From NCBI GenBank assembly GCA_964402565.1, contig CAYOCJ010000002.1:170982-234981 (forward strand): a stretch of 64,000 nucleotides of DNA. The letters are read 5' to 3'. Both the position numbers and the translations under genes were made by a program. Each line of letters opens with the position of its first letter. Position 1 is the stretch's first letter. Origin of the DNA: an uncultured Gammaproteobacteria bacterium (GTDB lineage Bacteria; Patescibacteriota; Patescibacteriia; UBA1558; 2-01-FULL-52-15). This document shows positions 8,058-16,872 of this stretch, piece by piece. The notes under the pieces are model-generated. The model saw only the letters and a program-made list of their open reading frames with translations, did not search any database and had not been told where the DNA came from.

Positions 8058-9728
8058 TCATTGCAGCCATAGGATGTACGCTTTACCGTCGGTAAAAAAG
8101 GAATCACCAGATGCATTGATGCCTCGAGTTGGCCGGACTATGTCGAGTTTTGTATGTTCAGAAACCATGTGGGTAGCAATAAGTTCTTGGAAAATTTTTT
8201 CTCGTTCACGGTCAATGTCAGGATCAATCCTGTGTGTCGGTAGGGGAATTTTTGAGCCAATCTCGATGCCATTATCCAAACTGGCTGTCCCAACCCATAA
8301 GGGGCGACCGTCGACAGAATACTGAGTTTTCCAAAAGCGTGCATGGTGTCTCCGTCGTGCGGTTGCATCATCGGTTAGTTGTTTTTCAAACCCCAGGTCA
8401 TTGGCTGTGGTATTGTAAAACGCCGGTGTCATAGGACCAGATGCGTACATGACATTTCTCGCAATTGCCGAAAGCTCGTGTATGACATTACTGAAGTTTA
8501 CGAGATCAGCCAAGTGCCACCCTGCTTGATTAAAGGTGTTGATAATTTGATTTTGTTCACCCAGGATGAGGAAGCTTAAGGGTTCCATGTTTTCTCCAAG
8601 CAGATTTTCACTGTATCTTGGTTCATGTTCAATAAAATCTTGTAGAGTGATAGCTCGAGTCGCAATGTTAGGTGTTATGATTGTTGTGCCATGGGCAGTA
8701 GTATATATACTGCCTAGCGGCACGAAGGTAAGTAATAAAGTTATTACCTTGGATGCTAGAGAAATTTTTTTTCGCGATGTGCTCACGGGCACCTGGAAGT
8801 TAATCTCATATCCAGCAATGGCGATCGTAAGGATTAGCAAACCGAGGTACCAGCCAGCAATAACGTCGCTGGGATAATGAACCCCAAGGTAGATACGACT
8901 GATACCGATGGCTGTGACAAGAAGAAAAAAAGCAGCAATGGTCAGTGCTTTATACCAAACACTACGAACCCGCTTGATAATGAGGTAACTGATAAAACCA
9001 TAGAGACAAATTGCTATGACCGCGTGTCCACTAGGAAAGCTGAATGACGGTGGAAGTGTAATAAGATTTAGGCCAGCGGGTCGGGGACGGTGACCGATCC
9101 ACTTTGTCAACCAGTAGGCACTATATCCTGACCCGACTGATAGTATAAAATAACGAATTACGCTATAGTCTTTATCCATAAGCAAATAAACAAGAGTAAT
9201 TGCAGAAACGAGGAGTACGGTACTGGTATTTGCAAAAGTGGTGATATAGATGAACAAGGACGCATAGCGGGGCGAGATAAAGGCTTGTATGAGGTGAATC
9301 GTTCTTGCATCGGCGAGGTACAAAGGATCCTTGAGTAGAATATCAAAAACTATAATAGTAAATTGAATAAGAAAAAACCCAGCGATAAAAGCACAAATTG
9401 TTGTATACAGTCCTGATGGAAAATTTTTGTCGAGTCTTTTTTTCAAAAAAAAGTACGTACGTGGCCATCGTGATTGAGTTGCTGCTAGGCTTTTTTGCCA
9501 AACACGAGTATGAGCGATACTATGTCCTAGGCTTGAGAGTATTTGGAGAAGTGTTTCTCTCTTTCTGAAAATCCAGACTGAAAATAATCCAATGCATGTA
9601 GACAGGGCGGTTGCGAGAATGAGGACGGCAGCAAGCCCGAGGCCCCAATAACTAAAGTATACAAACAGCTCAAATGATGCATAGATAAATCCAAGAACGG
9701 TCGCAGTGATGAAAATTTTTTTGGCCAT
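8058..9728 (-). CDS. PAP2 phosphatase fused to LssY C-terminal-like domain (putative undecaprenyl-PP phosphatase)
   Basis: PAP2 motifs KxxxxRPRP, SFPSGH and SRIYLGVHYPSDV; C-terminal RHHARFW...WVGTASLD...THRIDPDIDRERE...FTDG. Confidence 0.88.
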   Translation of the reverse strand: MAKKIFITATVLGFIYASFELFVYFSYWGLGLAAVLILATALSTCIGLFSVWIFRKRETLLQILSSLGHSIAHTRVWQKSLAATQSRWPRTYFFLKKRLDKNFPSGLYTTICAFIAGFFLIQFTIIVFDILLKDPLYLADARTIHLIQAFISPRYASLFIYITTFANTSTVLLVSAITLVYLLMDKDYSVIRYFILSVGSGYSAYWLTKWIGHRPRPAGLNLITLPPSFSFPSGHAVIAICLYGFISYLIIKRVRSVWYKALTIAAFFLLVTAIGISRIYLGVHYPSDVIAGWYLGLLILTIAIAGYEINFQVPVSTSRKKISLASKVITLLLTFVPLGSIYTTAHGTTIITPNIATRAITLQDFIEHEPRYSENLLGENMEPLSFLILGEQNQIINTFNQAGWHLADLVNFSNVIHELSAIARNVMYASGPMTPAFYNTTANDLGFEKQLTDDATARRRHHARFWKTQYSVDGRPLWVGTASLDNGIEIGSKIPLPTHRIDPDIDREREKIFQELIATHMVSEHTKLDIVRPTRGINASGDSFFTDGKAYILWLQ

Positions 9729-9838
9729 AGTGCTATTCTAGCAAAGAAAAGGAGTTATAAATAGCATAGTGTTCATGCAATCGTTGTTAGAATGTCCTAC
9801 ACCAATACCCGTTTCCATAGTATTTTAGAATGCTCAAG

Positions 9839-10099
9839 GCGCGGCGACATCCCCTTGAACCCCTGTCGCCGCGCATTTTTTCCTTCCCGCCCAGCCGTCA
9901 GGCCTGACGGCTGGGCGCTAGCCTTGTGTATCTCTTTTTGCTAGAGTGAGTTTTGGATGGGCAAATTTGACCCCGCGCCGCCACAGGCGGCGCGCATCAG
10001 AATTCAGCATCGGGATTTTCATTAAAAAACGTTCGAACTTCGTCCAAAAAGGACCGCCATTGTTTTCTGGACTCATCGAAGATGAGTACGGAAAGCAAT
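9839..10099. repeat. Right 261-bp inverted repeat
   Basis: Reverse complement of 6177-6437; its last base coincides with the terminal A of the tRNA CCA. Confidence 0.95.
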
Positions 10100-10189
10100 G
10101 GCGGAGACGGGAGGATTCGAACCTCCGAGACCCTTTGGGGGTCTAACGCTTTTCGAGAGCGCCCCGTTCAACCACTCTGGCACGTCTCC
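10099..10189 (-). tRNA. tRNA-Ser(CGA)
   Basis: GGAGACG acceptor stem, anticodon arm GCGCT-CTCGAAA-AGCGT, long variable arm, GGTTCGAATCC T-arm, encoded CCA. Confidence 0.96.
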
Positions 10190-10265
10190 ATCCGCGCTTA
10201 GTATACTTATTTCTTGTATTTTTTCAATGCAGAGGCTCTTTATGGTATACTATGCATATCACACT

Positions 10266-11069
10266 ATGACCATTACGTATCCCAAGGGTGACAGTGACTC
10301 ATCAGCCAACCTGAATCCGCCCGCAAGCGCATCGCATCTGACCGCCGTAGCAATTGCGGTAAGCATCGTCTTCCTCGTTGTCGCTGCAGGCTTGTGGTAT
10401 GGCTTTTCGCAATCAAAAAAAGCTGTCGAATCCGTTCCTGCTGCGGTCATTCCGCTGCCTGCATCGCCTGCAGTGGAAGGAGCGCGCGTGTATGAGGCGA
10501 TCGATGGATTACAGCAATGTCAAAAGAATACTCCTGATCTGAACACGGCTGACGCACAGAAGAAGAGGCAGAATTGCTATTATGCGGTCATGACAATTTT
10601 TGCAACATCATCTATTTGCAATATCATTGCATTGGACGGCAGCAGCTCAGATCTTTGCAAGCAAGCAGAAGCCCGTTTCATCAAGGATTATCCGAACGGC
10701 ATACCGAAAACGGATATACCGCTAGTCGGTGCAAAGACAAATGCAAATTCAAATCCCTCCGTTCCTGGCTCCGGCGGTTCGGCAGGGTTAGGCACGAAAG
10801 GTAGCACTGGATCCACCGGCGGTAGCGGAGGGATAAACTCGAATACGAACACGCAATCTAATACAAATACCGGCTCGCAGAACACGAATACCAACTCAAC
10901 AAGCAATGCGAATACTTCCGGCAATACTAATACTGCGGGCAATTCCAATAGTTCGACCAGCCAAAACAGCAATAACAACAGCAATCAGAACGAAACATCA
11001 AATGATCTGCCCCCATGCCTGAATGACGGTGGTGAGCCGACCTTGTTGCAGCATACCAACTGCCAATAG
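10266..11069 (+). CDS. Membrane-anchored surface protein with Cys-containing domain and Asn/Ser/Thr/Gly low-complexity tail
   Basis: Single TM near the N-terminus; start moved to ATG 10266 because the track ORF overlaps the tRNA. Confidence 0.7.
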   Translation: MTITYPKGDSDSSANLNPPASASHLTAVAIAVSIVFLVVAAGLWYGFSQSKKAVESVPAAVIPLPASPAVEGARVYEAIDGLQQCQKNTPDLNTADAQKKRQNCYYAVMTIFATSSICNIIALDGSSSDLCKQAEARFIKDYPNGIPKTDIPLVGAKTNANSNPSVPGSGGSAGLGTKGSTGSTGGSGGINSNTNTQSNTNTGSQNTNTNSTSNANTSGNTNTAGNSNSSTSQNSNNNSNQNETSNDLPPCLNDGGEPTLLQHTNCQ

Positions 11070-11162
11070 TAACCTGGTTCAAATGTCCCGCTCCGCGCAA
11101 ATAACCGTAGATCGGTTCAAAAATGATTGTCCGAAAGCAGTCATTTTTGTTATAATTCCAGT

Positions 11163-11780
11163 ATGAGAAAAATTATCACCACGACATTCGTAACGATGGA
11201 TGGCGTCATGCAGGCACCAGGCGAATCAAAGGAAGATACTGCTGACGGTTTTGCGTATGGAGGTTGGCAGCAGCAGTCTGACTGGGCTGATGACATAACG
11301 GGCAAGATCATCAAGGCTTTCATGACCGCTCCTTTTGAGCTGCTCTTGGGAAGGCGCACTTACGATATCTTTGCCGGGTACTGGCCCAATCATCCAGAAA
11401 TTGAGCTCATAGCTAAACCGTTCAACAGCACAAAAAAGTATGTTGTCTCCCATGCGCCCATGGAACTTTCTTGGAATAATTCTGCGCTCATTACAGGAGA
11501 CGTGGTGGCAGAAATAAAAAAACTTAAAACTTTAGACGGTCCCGATCTGTGGGTGTGGGGTAGCGGCAACCTCATCCAAACGCTCCTGCAGCACAACCTC
11601 ATAGATCGAATGTACGTCTGGACGCATCCTGTCACTATCGGCACTGGCAAGAAATTATTTGCGGAAGGCACACAACCCGAGCGATTTAAAGTTGTTGACT
11701 CAAAAATCTCCACAACTGGTGTCGTTATCGTAACCTATGAGCCTGACGGACAGCTCAAAACAGGTTCGTTTGTTAAGTAG
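11163..11780 (+). CDS. Dihydrofolate reductase-like (RibD C-terminal) family protein
   Basis: TMDGVMQAPG, LLGRRTY, WGSGNL and HPVTIGTGKKLF motifs. Confidence 0.88.
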   Translation: MRKIITTTFVTMDGVMQAPGESKEDTADGFAYGGWQQQSDWADDITGKIIKAFMTAPFELLLGRRTYDIFAGYWPNHPEIELIAKPFNSTKKYVVSHAPMELSWNNSALITGDVVAEIKKLKTLDGPDLWVWGSGNLIQTLLQHNLIDRMYVWTHPVTIGTGKKLFAEGTQPERFKVVDSKISTTGVVIVTYEPDGQLKTGSFVK

Positions 11781-11919
11781 AACTATTCCTTCAAATCAGG
11801 TATCAAGACCGAAGGATTTTCTCTAATCTTATTTCCAACAGCGTCCAGTACGTTGCGGATCGGGATTTTTTTATTTTTCTGCAGAAAAGTGGCAAATATG
11901 CTATACTATAGTTCAAACT

Positions 11920-13650
11920 ATGAGACTACCGATCACCTACGAAGACCTAAAAACCTTACTGTTCAATCAAAAGTTGATCAGCCAATCCGATTGGACAAGC
12001 GCTGAAAAGAATGCGAACCGCAGACGCCGTGGCATTGAAGAGGTTTTGATAGAGAGAGGCTTTTTCACTGAAGCGTACCTGTTTGAAATGATAGCTGCTG
12101 CACTGAAGATACCCTATATCAACCTGCGCACGGTGAAAGTCGAGGATGATGCGTTCAAAATGCTGCCAGAAGACGTTGCGCAAACGACGAAATGCATCGC
12201 ATTCGAGAAAAATACGAAGAAAGGAACGATAAAAGTCGCCACGTTAAATCCGCTCAGCACTGAAAGTCTGACCGCGGCACAGCAGGCGATAGGGCAAACC
12301 TGTGAATGGTTCCTCATGAATGACAAGAGTTACCGGTACGCTCTTCGTTTTTATAATACTGACCTGAAAGAAGATCTGCTGAAAATCATCAATCAGCATA
12401 TACAGGGCGTGCAAGGCAAGGCTATCGGCTTGGATTTGCCTGTGGTCAAGATATTCGATACCTTGCTCGAATATGCATTGCTTGAGCAGGCGTCTGATAT
12501 CCACATTGAACCGTTGTCAGATGCAGTACTTGTCCGTTTCCGTATCGACGGCGAACTCGAGGATAAGATCGAATTGCCGATCTCACTCAAGGATGCAATG
12601 ATTGCACGCATCAAGATCCTGTCTGACCTAAAGATCGATGAACATCGGGTCCCGCAGGACGGTCGTTTAGGTTTCAAGATCGATGATCTGGAAGAATCAG
12701 CCCGTGTTTCCATCATACCGACGATGTATGGAGAAAAAGCCGTGATGCGGCTGCTTTCAGACGAGATGCAGAATTTCAGTTTGCAGGATATTGGTCTGTC
12801 AAAAAAGAATCATGATCTGGTTCTGCGCAGCATACAGAAGCCGTTCGGCATGATACTCGTCGTCGGCCCTACTGGATCTGGCAAAACAACTACGTTGTAT
12901 GCCATTTTGAATATTTTGAATACGGAAGATGTAAATATCTCGACCATCGAAGATCCTATCGAATATGGCATCCGGCGCGTGAATCAAACGCAGGTGAATA
13001 CGACAGCGGGATATACATTTGCCAGTGGTTTGCGCTCATTGCTGCGGCAGGATCCTGATATCATCATGATCGGTGAGATCCGCGACGGTGAGACCGCACA
13101 GATAGCCGTTCGCGCTGCATTGACCGGGCATCTGGTCCTTTCTACATTGCACACAAATAATGCCGCAGGAGCCTTGCCTCGCTTGCTTGATATGGGCGTC
13201 GAGCCTTTCCTGACCGCATCGACGGTCAATATTGTCATCGCACAGCGGCTAGTCCGCAGGATTTGCATAGAATGCATTGCGAGTTATAAACTATCTGGTG
13301 TAGAGGTAAAGGCATTGTCAAAAGAGTATGATTTGCGGGCAATAGTTATACGCATGCAGAAGTTGGGCGTCATTGATAAAAAAATCGAGAACTTTTCAAG
13401 CCTGCCCTTCTATAAGGGCAAAGGGTGCAATCGATGCCACGGCACTGGCTATACGGGGCGTGTTTCCGTGACGGAAGCTTTGGTTAATAGCCATGCGATA
13501 CAGCAGGCGATCATAAAGAATATGTCGTCGGAAGACTTTGAAGCGATCGCATTGCAAGAAGGCATGATACCGATTTTCGATGATGCGATGCAGAAAGCAT
13601 TGCTTGGCGTCACAACCCTAGAAGAAGTATTGCGAATTTCAAGAGAATAA
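11920..13650 (+). CDS. pilB: Type IV pilus assembly ATPase PilB/GspE family
   Basis: ASDIHIEP, Walker A GPTGSGKTTT, TIEDPIEY, LRQDPDIIMIGEIRD, TGHLVLSTLHTN and Zn CxxC motifs. Confidence 0.92.
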   Translation: MRLPITYEDLKTLLFNQKLISQSDWTSAEKNANRRRRGIEEVLIERGFFTEAYLFEMIAAALKIPYINLRTVKVEDDAFKMLPEDVAQTTKCIAFEKNTKKGTIKVATLNPLSTESLTAAQQAIGQTCEWFLMNDKSYRYALRFYNTDLKEDLLKIINQHIQGVQGKAIGLDLPVVKIFDTLLEYALLEQASDIHIEPLSDAVLVRFRIDGELEDKIELPISLKDAMIARIKILSDLKIDEHRVPQDGRLGFKIDDLEESARVSIIPTMYGEKAVMRLLSDEMQNFSLQDIGLSKKNHDLVLRSIQKPFGMILVVGPTGSGKTTTLYAILNILNTEDVNISTIEDPIEYGIRRVNQTQVNTTAGYTFASGLRSLLRQDPDIIMIGEIRDGETAQIAVRAALTGHLVLSTLHTNNAAGALPRLLDMGVEPFLTASTVNIVIAQRLVRRICIECIASYKLSGVEVKALSKEYDLRAIVIRMQKLGVIDKKIENFSSLPFYKGKGCNRCHGTGYTGRVSVTEALVNSHAIQQAIIKNMSSEDFEAIALQEGMIPIFDDAMQKALLGVTTLEEVLRISRE

Positions 13651-13651
13651 T

Positions 13652-14848
13652 ATGGCAGCACCAGCAGCAGCCACCATGCAGGCACCGATGCAGCCCCTGC
13701 GCAAGCAGGAGGGCGCTCTTTCGTCATTGCCGACGCCGACTCAGAAAGAACAGGCGGTACAGGTTGTCAAACAGCAGCGAGAGAAAAAGGAAAAGAAACC
13801 GCTCATATCCTTGGGCGTTTCTCAGAACGAGAAGATTTTTTTTATCGACAACCTGGCGACCATGCTGACCGCCGGTTTGTCGCTATCATTGGGGCTTCGT
13901 ACTTTGTCGACCGAGACCAAAAATAAGACCATGAAGCGGGCATTGCGATCGATCGAACATGTGATCGATAACGGGCGCCAGCTCTCTGACGGTTTGGCGC
14001 AACACCCGGAAGTGTTCCCGCCATTATTTGTCGCAGTTATTCGCGTCGGCGAGGCCGGCGGAACGCTTTCAGATGTATTGATTCGTCTTGCCGCCATTGC
14101 AAAAAAGGAAAAAGCGCTGCGCAGCAAGGTTATCAGCGCTCTGATCTATCCGGCTATCGTTGTCCTTGCAATGATCGCAATTGTATTCATTCTGATGCTG
14201 TATGTATTCCCGCAGCTCATCGCTATCTTCGAAGATGTGGGAGCAGAATTGCCGATCCAGACCAGGATACTTATCGCCACCGTGCATTTTTTCCAAAATT
14301 ACGGAGTCTATATCGGCCTTGGTGCGATTCTATTGTTCATTTTGTTCATCTTCGGCCGCCGTTTCAAAAAAATTCACCGTTTCTATCACTTAATGCTCCT
14401 GGGCATGCCGTTTTTCGGCAAGATCGCGAAAGAATTGGCGCTGACCAGGATCCTGGGCAATATTAAAATGCTTATGGTATCAGGCGTGCCTATCGTCCAA
14501 GCATTCACGATCGGCTCAAAGACTGCCGGCAACCTTGTCTATGAAGAAGAATTGGTGCGGATCTCAAGAAAGCTGGAATTGGGCAATTCACTGCATACCA
14601 TTCTGAGCCAGCGGCCCGCGCTCTTTCCTTCGCTTGCCGTAACCATGGCTAAGGTCGGCGAAGAGACCGGAAAGCTGGATGAGATCATGGGCAAGCTTCA
14701 GGCATTCTATGAAAATCGCGTTGATACGGTATTCTCAAACCTGTCGACTATCATTGAGCCGTTCCTACTGCTTTCGATAGGAGTCATGGTCGGCTTTATA
14801 GCCGTATCCGTGATCATGCCAATTTATAATTTGGCGCAATCCTTCTAG
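13652..14848 (+). CDS. pilC: Type IV pilus platform protein PilC/GspF family
   Basis: Two GspF repeats (GEAGGTL, GEETGKLD), ALIYP, IEPFL. Confidence 0.9.
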   Translation: MAAPAAATMQAPMQPLRKQEGALSSLPTPTQKEQAVQVVKQQREKKEKKPLISLGVSQNEKIFFIDNLATMLTAGLSLSLGLRTLSTETKNKTMKRALRSIEHVIDNGRQLSDGLAQHPEVFPPLFVAVIRVGEAGGTLSDVLIRLAAIAKKEKALRSKVISALIYPAIVVLAMIAIVFILMLYVFPQLIAIFEDVGAELPIQTRILIATVHFFQNYGVYIGLGAILLFILFIFGRRFKKIHRFYHLMLLGMPFFGKIAKELALTRILGNIKMLMVSGVPIVQAFTIGSKTAGNLVYEEELVRISRKLELGNSLHTILSQRPALFPSLAVTMAKVGEETGKLDEIMGKLQAFYENRVDTVFSNLSTIIEPFLLLSIGVMVGFIAVSVIMPIYNLAQSF

Positions 14849-16276
14849 TTATAATTCTCTCCAGGTAATGATATCGTAGGCGGTTTCAGTCGAGGGGAAA
14901 TAAGGTGGTGAGAAGTAGAGCAAGTTCGCGTCATAGGTAATGACGCGATTTTGATATCCATTCCCATCGCTGTATCGCGTGCCATAGACACCGTTCGAAG
15001 CTATCAGGCCAAAGAGAGTCAGTGATTGTCTGGTTCCATACGGCGAGCAATATGCAGCAGGGTAGTAGTAGCGTCCGACGCGACCGTTCTTTGCCACTAA
15101 AGCAGCGTCGATCCGCAAATTATCGGCGCTGACCATGCCGGTATTAATATTGTTTTGCGCGATGATCCCGAGGATATCCCTTCCGTCATAATTCGTATAA
15201 CTCAGGTCATCATTGATAGTGACGTTCGCATAGGTCGTCGGGTTTTCCGGGAATCGCGCTGCACCGATCGTCAGCCGGGCAGTATTTATTTTTCCGTCGA
15301 CCCATAAATCATCTTCCACGAATAAGGCTCCATTGCCTGGGAGGTTGATCGTGTTTTGGAACACTTGCGTCGAGATGCTCCAGGTTCCCCATCCGCTCTG
15401 ATTCTGCGTATTTGAACAATTCACATTAGGCGGCGCAACGAGAGCCGTGACTTTATAGACATCGATGGTGTCATTCGTCTTGAGCACTAAGTGGTATCCC
15501 AATGCTCCCGAATTCGCCATGTATGTTCCCCCAGACTGAGCTTTGGATTTTATCGTTGCGAGGTCTTCAGTGATTCCAGCGAAATCGAATGCAGGTACCG
15601 GGAATTGCCTGCCGCCGGCAAATACATCAGGCCTGCTGGGGGCGCTTGCTGGTGGCAATGGATCCGTTGGGCTCACGTGTGTATGCACGCCGAATTCATT
15701 TGCGCCTGCGTGGCTGGGGTCGTCGTATTGTGTCACTGAGCTGGTTACTAAACCATTCGCGAGACCATCAAACCGAATGCCTCCATTGGCATGGATCTTA
15801 CCATTCACGGTGACATTCTCAGCGAAATAGAGGTTCGTGTTGCCGATCACCGCATAGGAAGCGAGCGATGGCTGACCGAGCACGACTTCTACCGTACGGC
15901 TTGCACGGGGATCTGCATCGACCTTGCCAGTTGATTTGATCGTTGCCGTATTAAAGCCATCAGCCGGAGGAGTGATCTCAAGGGAGAATTCTCCAATACG
16001 GTTGCCGCCGACATCATCGTATTCATGGATATAGGGGCCTGGGTTTCCGGTGCCGTCCTGGAAATCATCCGGCGAATGCGCCAATCGCCAGCGGTAATAC
16101 TCGATGCCTGACTCGGCGACATTAATTGCCTGCTCGCGGTAGTATTCATGTTTTGAAAATCGTATATTCGAACTTGCCCATGCGATGAGGCCGCCGATAA
16201 AGATAAAAGCGATCGCAGCAAATACTAAGACTTGAAAAAGGATAGCGCCCTCTTGGTTGATGTGTTTGCTTTTCAT
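14849..16276 (-). CDS. PilX-like minor pilin
   Basis: G-AILFQVLVF hydrophobic N-terminus, QAINVAESGIEY, C-terminal YDANLLYFSPPYFP...WRE. Confidence 0.75.
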   Translation of the reverse strand: MKSKHINQEGAILFQVLVFAAIAFIFIGGLIAWASSNIRFSKHEYYREQAINVAESGIEYYRWRLAHSPDDFQDGTGNPGPYIHEYDDVGGNRIGEFSLEITPPADGFNTATIKSTGKVDADPRASRTVEVVLGQPSLASYAVIGNTNLYFAENVTVNGKIHANGGIRFDGLANGLVTSSVTQYDDPSHAGANEFGVHTHVSPTDPLPPASAPSRPDVFAGGRQFPVPAFDFAGITEDLATIKSKAQSGGTYMANSGALGYHLVLKTNDTIDVYKVTALVAPPNVNCSNTQNQSGWGTWSISTQVFQNTINLPGNGALFVEDDLWVDGKINTARLTIGAARFPENPTTYANVTINDDLSYTNYDGRDILGIIAQNNINTGMVSADNLRIDAALVAKNGRVGRYYYPAAYCSPYGTRQSLTLFGLIASNGVYGTRYSDGNGYQNRVITYDANLLYFSPPYFPSTETAYDIITWREL

Positions 16277-16872
16277 TTGTTTTTCAGTGATCGTATATCT
16301 GCCCGGGTTTCCAGCGTACGCGGCATCTGGTCAGCAACCCGCGGGTCGACGGAAATATGCAATTCAACCAGACGAACATCTGCGGGTGACACCGGCTGTG
16401 TCAATGGCGGCGTAGAGGTCGAACCGTCAAAGCTACTGCCATAGTAAATAAAGTAAGGCGGCGCAGTGATGACATTGTCGACCATCGAGCTGACGCTTTC
16501 ATTTGCCGAATCATAGGACAGCGGTTGTCCGGTCGGCACGATCAGGCCTCGTTTGAGTGATCCGTTCTCCACAAAGTAGCGAATGCGCTCGACAATGCCA
16601 TCACCGCTGCGGTCCGCGTAGAAAGAAACAACACTGTCAGTACTGCTGGCCACCGGGAAGCTGCCGTCATTCGGGATCTGCGCAGCCCTGATCTCTGAAG
16701 TGAAATTGCGCAGCACCAAAAGCGACTGCTGGTCTAATGTGCTCCGTGCTTTCGAAATTTGGTTGTCGCGGAGGATCTTTATTTGCAGGACAGAAATGGC
16801 AGTAATGATCAGGCTAAAGATGCCAACCGATATTATGACTTCAAGGATAGTAAAGCCGCGATGCCGTTGCAT
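16273..16872 (-). CDS. Prepilin-type (PilW-like) minor pilin
   Basis: Class III signal MQRHRG/FTILEVIISVGIF; start ATG overlaps the upstream stop. Confidence 0.85.
   Translation of the reverse strand: MQRHRGFTILEVIISVGIFSLIITAISVLQIKILRDNQISKARSTLDQQSLLVLRNFTSEIRAAQIPNDGSFPVASSTDSVVSFYADRSGDGIVERIRYFVENGSLKRGLIVPTGQPLSYDSANESVSSMVDNVITAPPYFIYYGSSFDGSTSTPPLTQPVSPADVRLVELHISVDPRVADQMPRTLETRADIRSLKNK

Larger units (their letters stand above)
6177..10099. mobile_element. Inverted-repeat-bounded cargo cassette at the tRNA-Ser 3' end, with no recombinase inside
   Basis: 261-bp terminal IRs; right end abuts the tRNA CCA; three cargo genes. Confidence 0.7.

Noticed and set aside
10098-10265. N-terminal part of track ORF 10098-11069, and ORFs 9946-10146 and 5989-6174
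   Set aside because: They are antisense readings of tRNA-Ser or of the repeat elements; the real gene most likely starts at 10266.
10770-11005. Low-complexity AAT/AAC-rich tract
   Set aside because: It is the coding sequence for an Asn/Ser/Thr-rich disordered tail, not a separate element.
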